64,000 nucleotides of DNA, taken from contig OY760907.1 in the NCBI GenBank assembly GCA_963664195.1, positions 3,296,001-3,360,000 on the forward strand. The letters are read 5' to 3'. Origin of the DNA: an uncultured candidate division Zixibacteria bacterium (GTDB lineage: Bacteria; Zixibacteria; MSB-5A5; GN15; FEB-12). The position numbers and the translations under genes are program-made. The notes below the pieces were generated by a model. The model did no database searches. It was not told where the DNA came from and saw only the letters and a list, made by a program, of their open reading frames with translations. Below, in pieces: positions 59,407-64,000 of this stretch (the stretch's first letter is position 1; each line of letters begins with the position of its first letter).

Positions 59407-59606
59407 CCGTCCGCTCCCTCGGATTCAATCCATTATACGCTGTTCCACAACTGACGGTTCTCAGTACACTAGTACGAATCGCCAACGCACCGCGTTTGCA
59501 CGTCAGAGCACTCAATATAGTCGGTAGATGGCAGTCCTGCGACAACCGTTTTTTTTGGGGGGGGATCAGGCGATCTCCGGCTCTCCTCGGGAGACCGTTC
59601 AACCAG

Positions 59607-60293
59607 CTATTCCCGAAACCGGTAGCCAACGCCGCGAACGGTCTCAACCAGGTCACCGTAACTACCCAGTTTCTTCCGGAGATTGGCCACGTGGACGTCC
59701 ACCGAACGGTCAGTTACAATCGCATCGTCTCCCCTGACTTGATTGACTATCTGGTAACGGCTCAGCACCCAACCGGGAGACTTAGCCAACGCCAGAAGAA
59801 TACGGAACTCGGTAAATGACAGGTCAACCTGCCGCCCCGCGGCCAACAGCTCATATTTGCCGGGATGGATTTGCAGGTCATGGATCTGAATCGGGTCCTG
59901 CGAGTTGACTTCCATGGCAGCCTTGCGACGCAAGACAGCCCTGATGCGGGCAATGAGCACTCGGGGACTGAACGGCTTGGTCAGATAATCATCGGCACCG
60001 ACTTCAAGACCGGCAACGATATCGGACTCTTCTGTTTTGGCCGTGACGATGATAATTGGTATGTGCTTTGTACCGGCCTCGGTTTTGACAATACGGCACA
60101 GCTCAAGACCGTCCATCTCAGGCATCATCAGATCCAGGACGATCAACTGCGGCATATTGGCCTTGATTTCGTCCAACGCCTCGATACCGTTGGCTGCAAG
60201 ACTCACGCGGTAGCCCTCGCGCGTCAGGTTGAATCTGACCAGTTCCTGTAGGTCGTGTTCGTCTTCTACTACGAGTATCTTTTCGCGTCCCAT
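59607..60293 (-). CDS. phoB: OmpR-family response regulator, PhoB/PhoP-like
   Basis: VVEDE, LDLMMP, IPIIIVTAKTEESD, GADDYLTKPFSPR, DRSVDVHVANLRKKL, ETVRGVGYRF. Confidence 0.8.
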   Translation of the reverse strand: MGREKILVVEDEHDLQELVRFNLTREGYRVSLAANGIEALDEIKANMPQLIVLDLMMPEMDGLELCRIVKTEAGTKHIPIIIVTAKTEESDIVAGLEVGADDYLTKPFSPRVLIARIRAVLRRKAAMEVNSQDPIQIHDLQIHPGKYELLAAGRQVDLSFTEFRILLALAKSPGWVLSRYQIVNQVRGDDAIVTDRSVDVHVANLRKKLGSYGDLVETVRGVGYRFRE

Positions 60294-60347
60294 GGCTTTT
60301 GCTCACCTCTGGCTGAATTATAGCAGTTGACGGAAGTAACGTGTGCT

Positions 60348-60445
60348 CTGTTAGGTTTGCGTTAACAGACGTTTAGAAATGCGTTAGTCATTGCCACGCT
60401 TATTCTTGCCCAGGAATCAGGAGCAAGATTCACGGAACCTTAACA
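60348..60445. promoter_or_regulatory. Pho-box-like 11-bp-period direct repeats in the divergent promoter
   Basis: GTTA/TTTA cores at 60350, 60361, 60372 and 60383; TTCACG (60429) and TTAACA (60440) in the opposite orientation. Confidence 0.65.
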
Positions 60446-60557
60446 ATCGACGCATACAAGCTGAACACGGGTCAACTATTTCACACCATCGAAAACGGAA
60501 GAAACAGGAAGAACTCTCTGGCGGAAGGAAGAGCCGCCGGACCCAAGGAGGGAAGGA

Positions 60558-63524
60558 ATGCATTACTGGAGGAATCAATTGAATTTCGTTAAGTACTTGT
60601 TATTCGGCTTGGTGGCTTTGTTGGTGGCTTCCTCTGCGATAGCCTCCGACGACGGCAAAATCACCGGCACCGTAATCGACGCCGAAACCGGAGACGCCAT
60701 CATCGGTGTCAGCGTGTACCTTGAAGGTACCTCTCAGGGCGCAGTAACTGATATCGACGGCACCTACACCATTAAGAAGGTGGTTCCCGGGACCTACTCT
60801 CTTCGCGTACAGGCTGTTAACTACGCCACAGTACGCATGACCGACGTTGATGTCGTCTCAGGTGATAAGGCTGAGGTCAACTTCAAGATGAGTACCATGA
60901 TTCTCGAACTGGATGAGATCATCGTGGTAACGGGCCAGAAGATGCAACGGACCGAGGCATTCATGCTGAAGCATCGCCAGGCATCCGAATCGGTTTCCGA
61001 CGCGATTAGTGCCGATGAGATTTCGCGGTCTGGTTCAAGCGATGCGGCTGAGGCAGTGAAGACAGTTGTCGGCGCGTCTGTTGTCGATGGCAAGCATGTG
61101 TATGTTCGCGGTCTTGGTGATCGTTACAGCAACACGCAGCTCAACGGTGCGGCCCTGCCAAGCCCTGATCCCGACAAACAGTCTGCGCCGCTGGATCTGA
61201 TTCCATCGAATCTGCTGGACAACATCGTTGTACAGAAATCCTTCACTCCGGACAAGCCGGGCAACTTCGCCGGCGGCAGTGTCAATCTGAGCACTCGCGA
61301 CTATCCGGGTGAGCGTACGTTGAAGTTCTCGACTTCAGCCTCTTACAATAGTGTAACGACATTTGAAAACGACTTGTTGGCACATGACCCCAGTTCCAAA
61401 GACTGGCTGGCCTATGACAACGGCAAGCGCGACGTCCCCGGAGTCGTGGCCGATCTCGATCCCGACCTTCAGGATCGCATCCCGCAGAATCGACGGTTTG
61501 TGGTCGTCCGTCCGGGCGAGGGCGACTACTATGCACCTGTCCTCGACTACATGGATGAGTCCGCGAAGTCGTTTAATCCGGAAATGCGAGCCAAAACACG
61601 CGAAGCGCCGCTCAATCAGAGCCATTCCCTCGCCTACGGAGATCAGTGGAATCTGTTCGACAGGCCGTTGGGAATCGTGTCGACGCTGTCCTACTCCCGC
61701 AAGCTCCAGAAATACAACGGCTTCCAGGGCCGGTATCGGCGTGGAGGCACTCAGAGTTCCGCGTTGACCCCGGACTACGAATTCGACGATGTTCGCGGCA
61801 AAGACGAAGTCCATTGGGGTGGGTTGGTCAATCTCCACTACGGAGTACACCCGAATCACAAATTCGGCGTGAGCTACATGCACAATCAGCACGGTCAGTC
61901 AACCAGTCGCTACCTCTACGGGCAGTGGCTCGAGTATTCAGACGCGGACGTCAACGTGCGCAACTACGTACTGCATTACACTGAACGGCACTTAGATAAT
62001 CTGCAGTTCTCAGGGCAACACGCCATCGGAGGCAACAAGCTGCGGGTTGAGTGGCAGGCGTCTCTCTCCTCTACCAGCCAGTACGAACCTGATTTGCGCT
62101 TCTTCACCGACGAGGTTGTCCCGGTTTACCTTGAAGACGATGACACCGGCGACCTGGTGAAGACTGACTCCGTTAGCTACGTGATCCAGACTTCCCGCTA
62201 CCGCGCTCCGCAGCGTCTCTGGAGAGACCTAAATGAAGATCGCAACGACTTCACAGCGGACTTCACATACCAGCTGAATCAGCGCGCCAAATTGAAAGCA
62301 GGAGGCGCGTATGCGAAGATGAACCGGTCAGTTACCGAACGTCGCTTCCTGTACCAGAATACAACAGGCTACAAAGCATTCAATGGCAACATCGATGCCT
62401 ACGCCGCAGATATGGGCCTCGACTCGATGTACACGTATTACTCAGGTCCGAACCCGGACGACTCCACAACAGTATATCTGTACAGTAATTACCTGTCCGA
62501 ATCGACAAATGAACGCGATCAGTACCACGGTGAACAGAAGGTCAGCGCTGCCTACGGAATGATTGAGACTCCGTTGCTCGGAGATCTGACGTTCATCGGC
62601 GGGCTCCGTCATGAACACACCGACATGTCTTCCCAAACGGACGATCAGAATTATGACAAGGGTGAGTTGAAAGAAGACGATCTTCTCCCGTCTATCAATT
62701 TCGTGCATCGCACAACAGATCGGATGAATCTCCGTCTTTCGCTCGCAAAGACTCTTGCCCGTCCAACGTTGCGCGAGATGACGCCGTCCGCGTCTGAAGA
62801 ATTCGCCATAGGTAGCTTCTTCAACGGCAACGCCGACCTGAAGATGACCCGTATTACCAATTTTGATCTTCGCTGGGAGTGGTTCGTAAAACCGGGAGAG
62901 ATCATCGCGGTCAGTGGCTTCTATAAAAAGTTCAAAGATCCTATCGAGTTGGCTATCGTCACCGTCAACCGCGACATCAAGCCGCTGAACTCCGAAGACG
63001 CTACCGTTATGGGACTCGAATTTGAGTTCCGCCGCCGCCTTGATTGGATATCCTCGCACCTTGCCAGTTTCAAGCTCGGCGGTAACCTGACGCTGGTCCG
63101 CTCGCGAGTGGACATCGCCCAGGAAGAGCTGGATGAAATCTTGCCGCTGTTCCCTGATGCTGATCGCGAGCGCCAGATGGCCGGTCAGTCACCGTATATC
63201 GTCAATTTGGACCTGGAATACGACCATCCGTCGAGTGGCACCTCGATTTCGGCCTATTACAACGTGTTCGGCGAACGCTTCGCCTTCAACTCTGAAGGCA
63301 TGACACCCGACGTTTACGAGCAGCCATTCTCTCGACTTGACCTGAGATTGTCCCAGAAGTTCATCGCCGGTACAACTCTCAATGCCGGAATCTCAAACCT
63401 CCTCGACTCCAAGATCGAGTACCTCTATGAAGATAAAATAGGCGACAGTGTCGCGGATGAGGTTTATGAATCCTACTCTCCGGGTCGCACTTTTTCCCTT
63501 GGCGTCAACTACAACGTCTGGTAA
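60558..63524 (+). CDS. TonB-dependent receptor with N-terminal carboxypeptidase-regulatory-like domain (start may be TTG 60579)
   Basis: Signal peptide, ITGTVIDAETG, plug VYVRGLGDRYS..LDLIPS, GNADL, C-terminal GRTFSLGVNYNVW. Confidence 0.94.
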   Translation: MHYWRNQLNFVKYLLFGLVALLVASSAIASDDGKITGTVIDAETGDAIIGVSVYLEGTSQGAVTDIDGTYTIKKVVPGTYSLRVQAVNYATVRMTDVDVVSGDKAEVNFKMSTMILELDEIIVVTGQKMQRTEAFMLKHRQASESVSDAISADEISRSGSSDAAEAVKTVVGASVVDGKHVYVRGLGDRYSNTQLNGAALPSPDPDKQSAPLDLIPSNLLDNIVVQKSFTPDKPGNFAGGSVNLSTRDYPGERTLKFSTSASYNSVTTFENDLLAHDPSSKDWLAYDNGKRDVPGVVADLDPDLQDRIPQNRRFVVVRPGEGDYYAPVLDYMDESAKSFNPEMRAKTREAPLNQSHSLAYGDQWNLFDRPLGIVSTLSYSRKLQKYNGFQGRYRRGGTQSSALTPDYEFDDVRGKDEVHWGGLVNLHYGVHPNHKFGVSYMHNQHGQSTSRYLYGQWLEYSDADVNVRNYVLHYTERHLDNLQFSGQHAIGGNKLRVEWQASLSSTSQYEPDLRFFTDEVVPVYLEDDDTGDLVKTDSVSYVIQTSRYRAPQRLWRDLNEDRNDFTADFTYQLNQRAKLKAGGAYAKMNRSVTERRFLYQNTTGYKAFNGNIDAYAADMGLDSMYTYYSGPNPDDSTTVYLYSNYLSESTNERDQYHGEQKVSAAYGMIETPLLGDLTFIGGLRHEHTDMSSQTDDQNYDKGELKEDDLLPSINFVHRTTDRMNLRLSLAKTLARPTLREMTPSASEEFAIGSFFNGNADLKMTRITNFDLRWEWFVKPGEIIAVSGFYKKFKDPIELAIVTVNRDIKPLNSEDATVMGLEFEFRRRLDWISSHLASFKLGGNLTLVRSRVDIAQEELDEILPLFPDADRERQMAGQSPYIVNLDLEYDHPSSGTSISAYYNVFGERFAFNSEGMTPDVYEQPFSRLDLRLSQKFIAGTTLNAGISNLLDSKIEYLYEDKIGDSVADEVYESYSPGRTFSLGVNYNVW

Positions 63525-63560
63525 AGACACTTCAATGCGAAGGTGCTGACAATCGAATCC

Positions 63561-63589
63561 AGGCCGGAGCGGACAACACGCTTCGGCCT
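63561..63589 (+). terminator. Hairpin after the TonB-dependent receptor
   Basis: AGGCCGGAGCG-N7-CGCTTCGGCCT followed by a pyrimidine-rich tail. Confidence 0.55.
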
Positions 63590-63770
63590 CTCTTCTTCCC
63601 CTGCATGCCCCCACCTGGCCCACTTTGGACCGGCGATTTCCTCCCACTCGCGCCATCTTACGGAATAATGACTTCTTGCTAATACAGTCTAAACGTTTCT
63701 CCAGGAAATTGTCGTCGTGCGTGTGACCACTGCCATTGTTCAGAGCCACTCCCAGCCCAAAGGAGGAATA

Positions 63771-63950
63771 ATGGCAGGAAATTACGATCCGCTTCCAGAG
63801 GACGAAAGTGACATGGGTAATCTAAACAGAGAAAACGCAAGGAGGAACACTGAACCGGTACTTGCCACAGAAATCACTGACTTCAATTACCACTATATCG
63901 AAACACAACAGTCTGAGCCTGATGGCTCACATACTGAAGGAACAATGTAA
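63771..63950 (+). CDS. Possible small acidic protein (59 aa)
   Basis: Strong AAAGGAGG RBS 5 nt before ATG; stop lies 2 nt before the next ATG. Confidence 0.35.
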   Translation: MAGNYDPLPEDESDMGNLNRENARRNTEPVLATEITDFNYHYIETQQSEPDGSHTEGTM

Positions 63951-63952
63951 AC

Positions 63953-64000
63953 ATGTTGAAAAAGCTATTTTTCATGCTGATGGTCGCCGCAATGCCGGTA
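63953..64000 (+). CDS. Start of a secreted protein (truncated by window edge)
   Basis: MLKKLFFMLMVAAMPV, typical signal peptide; GAAGGA upstream. Confidence 0.55.
   Translation, partial: MLKKLFFMLMVAAMPV

Noticed and set aside
59549..59564. T8-G8 homopolymer as a phase-variation switch
   Set aside because: Intergenic, with no clear promoter element spanning it; no supporting evidence

Overview
Bacterial chromosomal segment, probably from a diderm FCB-associated lineage such as Zixibacteria. That is an inference from a 'CC..GNVD' dockerin tail, a 'YPNPFNP' C-terminal domain, a TPR-sigma54 activator and a DUF6754 operon. 1-15.7 kb is a housekeeping block on the + strand: proS end, rimP-nusA-infB-rbfA-DHH-truB-ribF-rpsO-pnp-M16 peptidase-deacetylase-leuS. 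It ends at a dif-like Xer site, followed by a ~3.4 kb patch of GTAG-type REP elements interleaved with orphan genes. 19-37.7 kb holds envelope and transport genes: S11 peptidase, NatAB-like ABC, DUF72, a 4-gene DUF6754 membrane operon, sugar ABC, OmpA, Ig and TPR lipoproteins, tyrS, PBP1A and tRNA-Leu(CAA). After the tRNA lies an accessory region with three notable systems. (i) A secreted small protein plus a TPR-sigma54 activator, followed by a 21-bp-phased repeat array, a -24/-12 promoter, a TAG-interrupted Cys/His peptide gene, a beta-propeller gene and two thioredoxin-fold genes. The second thioredoxin-fold gene has an in-frame TGA at the CxxC position followed by a SECIS-like hairpin. (ii) An ECF sigma / zinc anti-sigma / TPR-CHAT protease / large surface protein operon. 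(iii) An NLR-like CHAT protease-STAND NTPase-TPR gene, with a recently duplicated TPR block whose differences are all non-synonymous, translationally coupled to a small membrane protein that is a candidate protease-activated effector. The window ends with a dockerin protein and a PhoB-type regulator divergent from a TonB-dependent receptor across Pho-box-like 11-bp repeats. No database searches were run; all calls come from motif recognition.
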